Source of the DNA: Minisyncoccota bacterium
GTDB lineage: Bacteria > Patescibacteriota > Minisyncoccia > UBA6257 > GWB1-50-10
Direction: 5' to 3'
DNA: 24,777 nt
NCBI GenBank assembly: GCA_035311565.1
Contig: DATGCT010000006.1
Location: 1 to 24,777 of the forward strand
The position numbers and the translations under genes were made by a program. Each line of letters begins with the position of its first letter. Within the stretch, counting starts at the first letter, position 1. The notes under the pieces were generated by a model. That model was given only the letters and a program-made list of their open reading frames with translations, was not told the origin of the DNA and did not search any database. This document shows positions 17,312 through 24,777 of this stretch, piece by piece.

Positions 17312-17357
17312 TTAAATTTAGTCGAAACTAATTTAAAACATTTTTAAACTAAATAAA

Positions 17358-19154
17358 ATGTCTAAAAAACAAAAAACAAAAAAGAAGAAAAAGGTCCATC
17401 CTAAAAATAAAATTGGGAAACCTAAAGCTATGAGAGTTACCCAGATGGAGAAAGCTAACATAAAACCATCTGTAAAAAAGAAACCTAAAGGAGAGATGGT
17501 TAGGTTTTGTGCTCTTGGTGGTTTAGAAGAAATTGGTCGTAATATGATGTTTCTTGAATATAAGGATGAGATTTTAATTATCGACATGGGGCTTCAATTC
17601 CCTGAGGATGAAACTCCTGGAATTGACTTTATTATTCCTAACACCAAATATCTTGAGATGAAAAAGAAAAAGATAAAAGGTGTAATTATTACCCATGGTC
17701 ATTATGATCACATTGGTGCTATTCCGTACCTTTTAGATAGTCTGGGAAACCCAAAAATATATACCACCGAACTTACTAAAGAAGTAATTAAAAAGAGACA
17801 AGGAGATTTTCCTAATTCTCCTAAACCAATTTTTGAGATAGTTAAGCCTGGAGAAACTCACCAGATATCAAAGAATTTTAAGACAGAATTCTTTGGAGTT
17901 GAGCACAACATTCCAGAAGGAGTTGGCCTTCTTATTCACACCCCAATAGGGAAGGTGGTTCACCCCGGTGAGTTTAAGTTTGATTATGACAAAGAAGGCA
18001 ATCCTAAACATTTAGAAATTTGGGATAAACTAGGGGAACAAGATATTCACACTTTAATGTTAGACTCAACTGGTTCTGAAACTCCTGGCTGGTCTGTTTC
18101 TGAAAGAGTTGTCGAAAAAGAGCTTGAAAAATTATTTAAAAAAGCAGAAGGTAGGATAATTGTTAGTACTTTTTCTTCTTTGCTTGATCGCTTGAAAGAG
18201 ATAATAAAGATAGCAGAAAAACTAAACAAAGTTGTTGCTATTTCAGGTTATTCTATGCAGTCTAATCTAAACATTGCTAAACGTCTTGGTTTTATAAAAA
18301 CTAAGAAAGATACTTTAATCCCTTTAAAGAATGTTAATAAATATCCTGATAATAAAGTTATGATTCTTTCTACCGGCGCTCAAGGAGAAGAAAATGCTAG
18401 TTTAATGAGAATTGCAAACGGAGAACATAAAAGTATTTCTATTAAAGATGATGACACAGTAATTCTTTCTTCTTCAGTTGTTCCTGGTAATGAAAAAAGT
18501 GTTCAAGATTTGAAAGACAACCTTACACGACAAGGAGCGAGCATCTATGACTATAAAATGCTTGATATTCATTCTTCTGGCCATGCTCCACAAGAAGAAC
18601 TGAAAACTGTTATGAAAAAAGTAGACCCAAAGTTCTTCCTTCCTATCCATGGTTTCTATTTCATGCGTAAAAGAAACGCTCTAATGGCCCAAGAAACAAT
18701 AGGTTTAGAGCCGGAGAACACAATTTTGTCTGATAACGGATTAATTGTAGAACTTAAAGAAGACTCTATCGAGATTACTGGAGAACAGGTTCCATCATCC
18801 TATGTTTTGGTGGATGGTCTAGGAGTTGGTGATATAGGAGAGGTTGTGTTGAGGGACAGAAGAACCTTAGCTGAAGAAGGCATGGTTGTTCTTATTACAA
18901 CAATTAGCAAGAAAAATGGAAAAATTTTGAAGAGCCCTGATATTATATCTCGTGGTTTTGTTTATTTGAAAGATAATAAGGGTCTTCTTAATAAGGTACG
19001 CCGAAAGATAAGAGGAATTATTGGCAGAATACCAAACCGTCAGTCTCTTGATATGGATTATGTAAAAACTCTTATTCAAGATCAGATTGGAAAATATCTT
19101 TATAAAAGAACTAAAAGACGACCAATGATTCTTCCTGTTATGATTGAAGTTTAG
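17358..19154 (+). CDS. rnj: Ribonuclease J
   Basis: LGGLEEIGRNM, THGHYDHIG, TGAQGE, HSSGHA, PIHG, C-terminal KRRPMILP. Confidence 0.97.
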   Translation: MSKKQKTKKKKKVHPKNKIGKPKAMRVTQMEKANIKPSVKKKPKGEMVRFCALGGLEEIGRNMMFLEYKDEILIIDMGLQFPEDETPGIDFIIPNTKYLEMKKKKIKGVIITHGHYDHIGAIPYLLDSLGNPKIYTTELTKEVIKKRQGDFPNSPKPIFEIVKPGETHQISKNFKTEFFGVEHNIPEGVGLLIHTPIGKVVHPGEFKFDYDKEGNPKHLEIWDKLGEQDIHTLMLDSTGSETPGWSVSERVVEKELEKLFKKAEGRIIVSTFSSLLDRLKEIIKIAEKLNKVVAISGYSMQSNLNIAKRLGFIKTKKDTLIPLKNVNKYPDNKVMILSTGAQGEENASLMRIANGEHKSISIKDDDTVILSSSVVPGNEKSVQDLKDNLTRQGASIYDYKMLDIHSSGHAPQEELKTVMKKVDPKFFLPIHGFYFMRKRNALMAQETIGLEPENTILSDNGLIVELKEDSIEITGEQVPSSYVLVDGLGVGDIGEVVLRDRRTLAEEGMVVLITTISKKNGKILKSPDIISRGFVYLKDNKGLLNKVRRKIRGIIGRIPNRQSLDMDYVKTLIQDQIGKYLYKRTKRRPMILPVMIEV

Positions 19155-19201
19155 CATTATATTTTGATTTTCTTGAAGATGAAGGATAAAATAAAATTAT
19201 C

Positions 19202-20176
19202 ATGAGTAAACCTATCTTAATATCAGGAATACAGCCTACCGGCCGCCTTCATATTGGAAATTATCTTGGAGCAATTAGAAATTTTAAAAAACTTCAGGAT
19301 TCAGGTGACTACACTCCTTATTTTTTTGTTGCCGATCTTCACTCATTAACCATTGAATTTGATCCCGACAAAAAGGGAGATCAAATTAAAAACGTAATCA
19401 GAACCTACCTCAAAGCTGGTCTTGATCCTAAAAAATCGACTATCTTTGTTCAGTCCGAAATTCCTCCAAATGTTGAGCTGAGCTGGATTCTTTCCACTGT
19501 CACTCCTTACGGGATGCTTTCCCGGATGACTCAGTTTAAGAAGAAAAGTAAAATTCAGAAAAATAATGTTAACGCTGGACTATTCTTTTATCCAGTTCTA
19601 ATGGCAGCGGATATCATTTTATATGATGCTCAATACGTTCCTGTAGGAGAAGATCAAATTCAACACCTTGAATTTACCAGGGAAATAGCTAGAAAGTTTA
19701 ATAATAGGTATGATGATGTTTTTGTAGAGCCTGAGGAGTTGTTGACAGAAACCCCAAGGTTAATGAGTCTTGCTAACCCAAATAATAAAATGTCTAAATC
19801 CTCTCCTAAAGGATGTTTGTTTCTTGATGATTCACCTAAAGAGATTGAAAAAAAGATTATGTCTGCTGTGACTGACTCAGGTAAAGAAATAAAGCATGAT
19901 CAAAAAAACAAAAAAGCAGTTTCTAATTTAATTAATATTTTTCATGCTTTTTCAGATAAAGAAATAAAAGAAATTGAAAAGGACTTTAAGGGAAAAGGTT
20001 ATGGTGATTTTAAAAAGTCTTTAGCAGAGCTAGTTATTAAAAAACTAGAACCGTTTCGAGAAAATAAATATTCCGATCAACAAATTGAAAAAATAATCAA
20101 GCAGGGAAACAAAAAAGCATTAAAGAAAGCAACTAAAAAAATTAAGAAGATTAAAAAAACTTTAGGATTGTTGTAA
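19202..20176 (+). CDS. trpS: Tryptophan--tRNA ligase
   Basis: SGIQPTGRLHIGNY, YPVLMAADI, VPVGEDQ.QH, KMSKS, AVTDS. Confidence 0.98.
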   Translation: MSKPILISGIQPTGRLHIGNYLGAIRNFKKLQDSGDYTPYFFVADLHSLTIEFDPDKKGDQIKNVIRTYLKAGLDPKKSTIFVQSEIPPNVELSWILSTVTPYGMLSRMTQFKKKSKIQKNNVNAGLFFYPVLMAADIILYDAQYVPVGEDQIQHLEFTREIARKFNNRYDDVFVEPEELLTETPRLMSLANPNNKMSKSSPKGCLFLDDSPKEIEKKIMSAVTDSGKEIKHDQKNKKAVSNLINIFHAFSDKEIKEIEKDFKGKGYGDFKKSLAELVIKKLEPFRENKYSDQQIEKIIKQGNKKALKKATKKIKKIKKTLGLL

Positions 20177-20191
20177 TTTTTATAAATGAGA

Positions 20192-20229
20192 TTAAAAATA
20201 CCCCCAGCATTGTTTGCTGGGGGTTTTAA
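20192..20229. terminator. Bidirectional terminator between trpS and the tRNA-like RNA
   Basis: ACCCCCAGCA-ttgtt-TGCTGGGGGT with T runs on both strands. Confidence 0.85.
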
Positions 20230-20250
20230 ATTTTCAAAAGAAGCTTTTCG

Positions 20251-20328
20251 TGGCAGCACAGGGATTCGAACCCTGCAACGACCTTATTATTCTCAGCCGC
20301 ACCTGCTGACAACGTCAGCTTAACTGCC
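20251..20328 (-). ncRNA. tRNA-like RNA with non-canonical arms
   Basis: Minus strand: GGCAGT/GCTGCC closing stem plus A; GCTGAC-GTT-GTCAGC hairpin; GCGGCT-N11-GGTCGT hairpin; canonical T arm GCAGGG-TTCGAAT-CCCTGT. Flanked by a predicted promoter and terminator. Confidence 0.65.
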
Positions 20329-20344
20329 CCACTTTACTATGTTG

Positions 20345-20372
20345 ATTATATCACTTTTCAATTTTCAGTCAA
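20345..20372 (-). promoter_or_regulatory. Near-consensus sigma70 promoter for the tRNA-like RNA
   Basis: Minus strand TTGACT (20372-20367) - N16 - TATAAT (20350-20345), with extended -10 TGA. Confidence 0.7.
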
Positions 20373-20391
20373 ATAATAAGTAGGGGACAGC

Positions 20392-20420
20392 AAAAAACCG
20401 GCCTTTGAGGGCCGGTTTTT
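20392..20420 (-). terminator. rpsA terminator
   Basis: AAAAACCGGCC...GGCCGGTTTTT hairpin about 20 nt after the rpsA stop. Confidence 0.85.
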
Positions 20421-20440
20421 AACATAGAAGCTTGTTTACC

Positions 20441-21526
20441 TTATTCTACAAACTTCAGATTTATTCTTTTGTCTTCTTTGTTCACTTCTTTAATTTCAAA
20501 GGTGTAATCTTCTCCTTTATCAATCTTTTCTTTCATTTCTTCTTCTCCTCCAAACTCTGTTACGTGAACCTGGCCTTGAATTTCATCATCCAGCTTTATT
20601 ACCGCTCCAAAAGGATTGAAACTGTATACCTCTCCTTCAACTTTATCACCTTCTTTATACCTTTCTTCAACTTCATCCCAAGGGTCTTTTTCAAGCGCTT
20701 TGAGAGACAGTGATATTTTTCCATCCTTTATCTCGATTATCTTTGCTTTTATTTCATCATCCATGCTTACTACCTCCTTAGGATTATCAATGATTCGGTG
20801 GGCAAGTTCTGAGATATGAATTAGCCCTTCCACGTCTGGGTTATCGGTAAATTGAATAAACACACCAAAGTCAGCTATTCCTGTAACTAGCCCTTCTATT
20901 ACCTGACCTTCTTCATAGTCCTTTACTAATTCTTTGGAGCTCATCTTGTTAGCTGCTTTTTCAGAAACAATTAGTTTGTTAGATTTTTGGTTTGCATCGA
21001 TTATCTTTACCTCAAGATTTTTCCCAACAAGTTTTTCTAACTCTTTTTCAATTTTCTTAGGATCATTATCTTCAATATCAGGATAGTTTTCAGAAGTTAA
21101 TTGAGAAGCTGGTAAGAAGGCTTGAACGTTTTCTACCTTAGTTAATAAGCCTCCTTTGTTAGCGCTGTAAGGTTTTGTTTTGATAACCTCTTCTTTTTCA
21201 TATAGCTCATTTAACTTCAGCCAGTTTTTTTGTCTTTCTGCTTCTGAAAGAGATAACTCAACTAAACCTTCGTCGTTGTTTGTTTTTACAACTTTTGCTT
21301 GAATGGTATCACCTACCTCAGATTCTTTTACTACATTCTTTGCTCCAAGAAGTTCTCCTCGGTAAATAATGCCTGTTCCAAATTTTCCTAAGTCAACCAT
21401 TACCTCTCTTGAACTTTTTTCAAGAATTTTTCCTTCTACTAAATCACCCGGCTTCAAAAAAGCAAAAGAGTCTGGGTTTTCTTTAATAAACTTTATAAAT
21501 GGATTTATTTTTGGTTTTGTTGTCAT
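20441..21526 (-). CDS. rpsA: Ribosomal protein S1-like protein with four S1 domains
   Basis: Repeated S1 motifs: ANKGGL...AFLPASQL, GIADFGVF...EGLIHISEL, ISLSLK, NPFGAVI...GQVHVTE. Confidence 0.9.
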   Translation of the reverse strand: MTTKPKINPFIKFIKENPDSFAFLKPGDLVEGKILEKSSREVMVDLGKFGTGIIYRGELLGAKNVVKESEVGDTIQAKVVKTNNDEGLVELSLSEAERQKNWLKLNELYEKEEVIKTKPYSANKGGLLTKVENVQAFLPASQLTSENYPDIEDNDPKKIEKELEKLVGKNLEVKIIDANQKSNKLIVSEKAANKMSSKELVKDYEEGQVIEGLVTGIADFGVFIQFTDNPDVEGLIHISELAHRIIDNPKEVVSMDDEIKAKIIEIKDGKISLSLKALEKDPWDEVEERYKEGDKVEGEVYSFNPFGAVIKLDDEIQGQVHVTEFGGEEEMKEKIDKGEDYTFEIKEVNKEDKRINLKFVE

Positions 21527-21783
21527 GTTTTTGTGTGTCGAAGCCCATAGCCTCGGTGAATTACATATATATAATATACAAATTCACTTCAAGTATTGTA
21601 TACCAAACTTTTTAAAAAGCCAAATTTTTATAGACTTTCATAATTTATCCTTGTTTTTTTACTTGAAAATATCAGTCTATAATGTGATAATTAAGTTAAG
21701 TTAACAGGGGTGCCTTGTGCGTCAACGATGGCAGTAATGTCATCGAAATTTTATGGATACCTGTTAAAATATTTTATTTTTTT

Positions 21784-22356
21784 ATGATAATAACTTATCA
21801 AGACAAAAACTATTTCAAGCTCCAATCAGGGGATGATGCTATCTTAGTGGACCCTACAGACCAAAGATCTTTTAGAGGAGCAAATATAGCTTTAAACACC
21901 AAAAAACCTGCTAACACTGAAGAACCTTCTTCTGATGAAGAAATATTTTGGATAGACCATAGTGGTGAATATGAGATAGGAGGAACCAGGATTAATGGTT
22001 GGCAGTCTTCTTCAAATGATGAAGAAAAAACAATTTATCGAATAGATTTTGAAGGATTTAGAATAGTTATTTTTGGATTTTTGGAAGAAGTGCCTGAAGA
22101 AGAGCTTCAAGAACACTTAACAGATGTGGATATTGTAATATCCCCGGCTGGAGGGGATGGACTTGTAAAACCTAATAAGATAGCCAAGTTCATTCGCCAG
22201 ATTGAGCCTGGTCTTATCATTCCTTCGTTTTCCAAGGATCTAAAAAGTTTCTTGAACGAGTTTAATACCAAGGAATGCAAGGAGGAAGAGAAAATTGTTT
22301 TAAGAAAAAATGATGTTAAGAAAGGGGAAATGGAAGTGCGTTGTTTAAAAAGTTAA
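21784..22356 (+). CDS. Metallo-beta-lactamase-fold protein (Lactamase_B_3-like), metal motif degenerate
   Basis: MIITY...FKLQ...ILVDP, GEYEIGG, VDIVISPAGG, IRQIEPGLIIP. Start placed at ATG 21784; the upstream TTG extension runs through a structured leader. Confidence 0.75.
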   Translation: MIITYQDKNYFKLQSGDDAILVDPTDQRSFRGANIALNTKKPANTEEPSSDEEIFWIDHSGEYEIGGTRINGWQSSSNDEEKTIYRIDFEGFRIVIFGFLEEVPEEELQEHLTDVDIVISPAGGDGLVKPNKIAKFIRQIEPGLIIPSFSKDLKSFLNEFNTKECKEEEKIVLRKNDVKKGEMEVRCLKS

Positions 22357-22357
22357 G

Positions 22358-22777
22358 ATGTCTTTTGTAGAAAAAGTAAAAAACATAATAGAAGGGATAA
22401 ACAGAAAGATCAGAAAAATTAGACACTCTGATCAGAAGACAAAAAGAAACTGGTTAATTTTAAGTACCACCATAGCTATGATTTTAATAATAGGATTATG
22501 GGTTTGGTACATAAATTTTACTGTGTCTGGTATTTCTGATATAAACAAAGAGTCTAATAGTTCTGAAAATAATGATGTTGAAACGGGCATTGATAAACCT
22601 GAAGCCGTTAATGTTTTTATTAGAGGCTTTGTAGTTATTAAAAATGTTATAACTCAAAAAATTAAAAGAGCATCTAGTGAAGTAAAATTCTTAATTCAAA
22701 AAACAAAAGATAGTTTTAATAATGTAAAAGAATATACCCCGAATGCTTCAAGTAGCATTCCTTTTGAATCACAATAA
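22358..22777 (+). CDS. Hypothetical single-pass membrane protein
   Basis: 139 aa with a basic N-terminus and one TM; only 1-2 nt from its neighbours. Confidence 0.8.
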   Translation: MSFVEKVKNIIEGINRKIRKIRHSDQKTKRNWLILSTTIAMILIIGLWVWYINFTVSGISDINKESNSSENNDVETGIDKPEAVNVFIRGFVVIKNVITQKIKRASSEVKFLIQKTKDSFNNVKEYTPNASSSIPFESQ

Positions 22778-22779
22778 AT

Positions 22780-24777
22780 ATGCCTAAGAAAAAAAAGAAA
22801 AAATCAAATAAGAAAAAAGAAAAGGAGGAGCCTAAAAGTGAGATAAAGGTTTCTAAAATAACAGAAGAACTCCAGGAATCGTACATTGATTATGCGATGT
22901 CCGTCATTGTTTCTCGTGCTATTCCTGATATCCGGGACGGTCTTAAACCTGTTCAAAGAAGAATTCTTTGGGCGATGTGGGATGATAATCTTACTTACAA
23001 ATCGAAGTTTCGAAAATCAGCCAATGTTGTTGGTCAGGTTCTTGGACGTTATCACCCTCATGGTGATTCTGCTGTATATGACGCTATGGCTCGCATGGCT
23101 CAGGATTTCTCTCTTCGGTACCCTTTAATAGATGGTCAAGGTAACTGGGGTTCTATTGATGGAGATAGTCAGGCTGCTATGCGATACACAGAATGTCGGT
23201 TAACAAAAATATCAGGTGAGCTTTTAAAAAATATTGAGAAAGATACCGTTGACTGGCAGGCCAACTATGATAATACCCGACAAGAACCTAAGTTTTTGCC
23301 AGCTAAACTCCCTGGATTGCTGCTAAACGGCACTATGGGGATTGCCGTAGGGATGGCTACCAGTATTCCTCCCCACAATCTTTCTGAGATAATTGATGCT
23401 ACTAAACATTTAATCAAAAATCCTGATGCAACCGTAAAAGAGTTAATGCAGTACCTTCCTGGGCCTGATTTTCCAACCGGTGGAGAAATATATGAAGCTG
23501 AAGAACTTGAAAAAGCATATTCCACAGGTCGAGGCTCTGTAGTTATTCGCGCTGTTACAGACATTGAAAAAAGAAAGAAACACATGACAATTGTCGTAGA
23601 TGAAATCCCCTATCAAGTTAATAAATCTCGTCTAATTGAAAAAATAGCTAAATTAGTTCAGGATAAAAAAATACAAGGCATAAAAGATGTTCGTGATGAG
23701 TCAGGTCGAGATGGAATGAGGATTGCTATTGAGCTAAAGCAAAGCGTTAACCCTCAAAGAATTCTTAACCAACTTTATAAAAACACCCAGCTTCAAACCA
23801 AGTTTCACTTTAATATGGTGGCTTTGGTTGATGGGATTCAACCCCAAGTGGTTTCTTTAAAGGATATCCTTTCTGAGTATATTAAACATCGAAAGAAAAC
23901 TATTATCCGAAGGTTGAAGTATAGACTTAAAAAAGCTGAAGACAGAGCCCATATCTTAGAAGGATTAGTAGTAGCTTTAGATGATATAGATGCTGTTATA
24001 AAAACAATTAAAAAATCTGAGAACAGAACTAAAGCTCATAAGAACTTGGTTAAAAAGTTTGATCTTTCCAAGATTCAAGCTGATGCTATTTTAAATATGA
24101 AGCTTCAAAGCTTGGCTTCCTTGGAATCTAAGAAAATTAAAGATGAACTAGAAGAAAAAAAAGAGCTTATTAAAGAACTCAAAAATATTCTTAAGAGTGA
24201 TCAAAAAATTCTTGATATTATTGTTGAAGAACTGGACGAGATTAAAGAAGAGTATGGCGACGAAAGAAAAACCAAGATGGCAGAAGGTTCTCTTAAGGAG
24301 TTTAAAAAAGAAGACTTCATTCCTAAAAAAGAGGCAGTTATTCTTCTTACCCATGATGGATATATCAAAAGAATGACTCCTAAATCATTCCGTCTTCAAG
24401 GAAGAGGAGGTCGTGGTCTTAAGGGGCTAAACCTGAAAGAAGAAGACAAAGTTTCAAAGCTATTAATTGCTAACACTCATGATGATATTCTTTTCTTTAC
24501 TGACAGCGGGAATGTTTTCAAGACTCGTGTCTATGAAATACCAAAATCATCTCGAACTGCCAAAGGTAAGTTAGTCCATACCTTCCTTGGTCTTTCAGAT
24601 GATGACAAGATCACTGCTGTTCTAGCGTACAATAGTAAAGAAGAGGAAGATGAAGACGAAAAACACTTTGTTATGGGAACTGAGAAAGGGATGGTTAAAA
24701 AAACTAAAATTTCAGAATTTAAAAACGTGAGAAGTACCGGAATAATTGCTATCGGTCTTAAAGACGACGATACTCTT
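22780..24777 (+). CDS. gyrA: DNA gyrase subunit A (runs off the 3' end of the window)
   Basis: My own translation from ATG 22780: [45 protein letters not shown], GyrA-box QGRGGRG. Missing from the ORF track because there is no stop in the window. Confidence 0.98.
   Translation, partial: MPKKKKKKSNKKKEKEEPKSEIKVSKITEELQESYIDYAMSVIVSRAIPDIRDGLKPVQRRILWAMWDDNLTYKSKFRKSANVVGQVLGRYHPHGDSAVYDAMARMAQDFSLRYPLIDGQGNWGSIDGDSQAAMRYTECRLTKISGELLKNIEKDTVDWQANYDNTRQEPKFLPAKLPGLLLNGTMGIAVGMATSIPPHNLSEIIDATKHLIKNPDATVKELMQYLPGPDFPTGGEIYEAEELEKAYSTGRGSVVIRAVTDIEKRKKHMTIVVDEIPYQVNKSRLIEKIAKLVQDKKIQGIKDVRDESGRDGMRIAIELKQSVNPQRILNQLYKNTQLQTKFHFNMVALVDGIQPQVVSLKDILSEYIKHRKKTIIRRLKYRLKKAEDRAHILEGLVVALDDIDAVIKTIKKSENRTKAHKNLVKKFDLSKIQADAILNMKLQSLASLESKKIKDELEEKKELIKELKNILKSDQKILDIIVEELDEIKEEYGDERKTKMAEGSLKEFKKEDFIPKKEAVILLTHDGYIKRMTPKSFRLQGRGGRGLKGLNLKEEDKVSKLLIANTHDDILFFTDSGNVFKTRVYEIPKSSRTAKGKLVHTFLGLSDDDKITAVLAYNSKEEEDEDEKHFVMGTEKGMVKKTKISEFKNVRSTGIIAIGLKDDDTL

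Noticed and set aside
17224..17357. Integration site or island at tRNA-Leu
   Set aside because: No duplicated tRNA 3' end or integrase is seen, and rnj follows directly.
177..24354. Short shadow ORFs from the track (e.g. 177-371, 1117-1419, 1969-2319, 7855-8076, 11521-11790, 14983-15366, 22886-23128, 23265-23585, 24148-24354)
   Set aside because: They are antisense or out-of-frame overlaps of well-supported genes, often produced by low-complexity Glu/Lys codon runs.

Overview
AT-rich bacterial chromosomal segment. Gene content, the short ValRS and the near-absence of Shine-Dalgarno sites suggest Patescibacteria/CPR (Parcubacteria-like); this is an inference. Most of it is housekeeping: M23 peptidase (partial), DksA/TraR, tsaD, valS, prsW, Hsp20, ppa, nusA, acylphosphatase, NUDIX, ftsK, RodZ-like, recA, holin-like, secG, SBP5, tRNA-Leu(CAG), rnj, trpS, rpsA, degenerate MBL fold and gyrA (partial). 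The unusual parts are mostly non-coding. (1) Two non-canonical tRNA-like RNAs on the minus strand, each with a predicted promoter and terminator: one has a ~60-nt hairpin inserted in the D-loop and an 8-nt anticodon loop (417-552); the other has a 6+6-bp acceptor/T helix (20251-20328). (2) A roughly helically phased cluster of six parS-type sites plus a second repeat family upstream of ftsK. (3) Poly-lysine N-terminal tails on FtsK, RecA (K15), RNase J and GyrA. (4) Apparently leaderless core genes, while two orphan genes carry strong SD sites. (5) Structured leaders upstream of nusA, rpsA and the gyrA operon. All calls were made by eye; no database searches were run.
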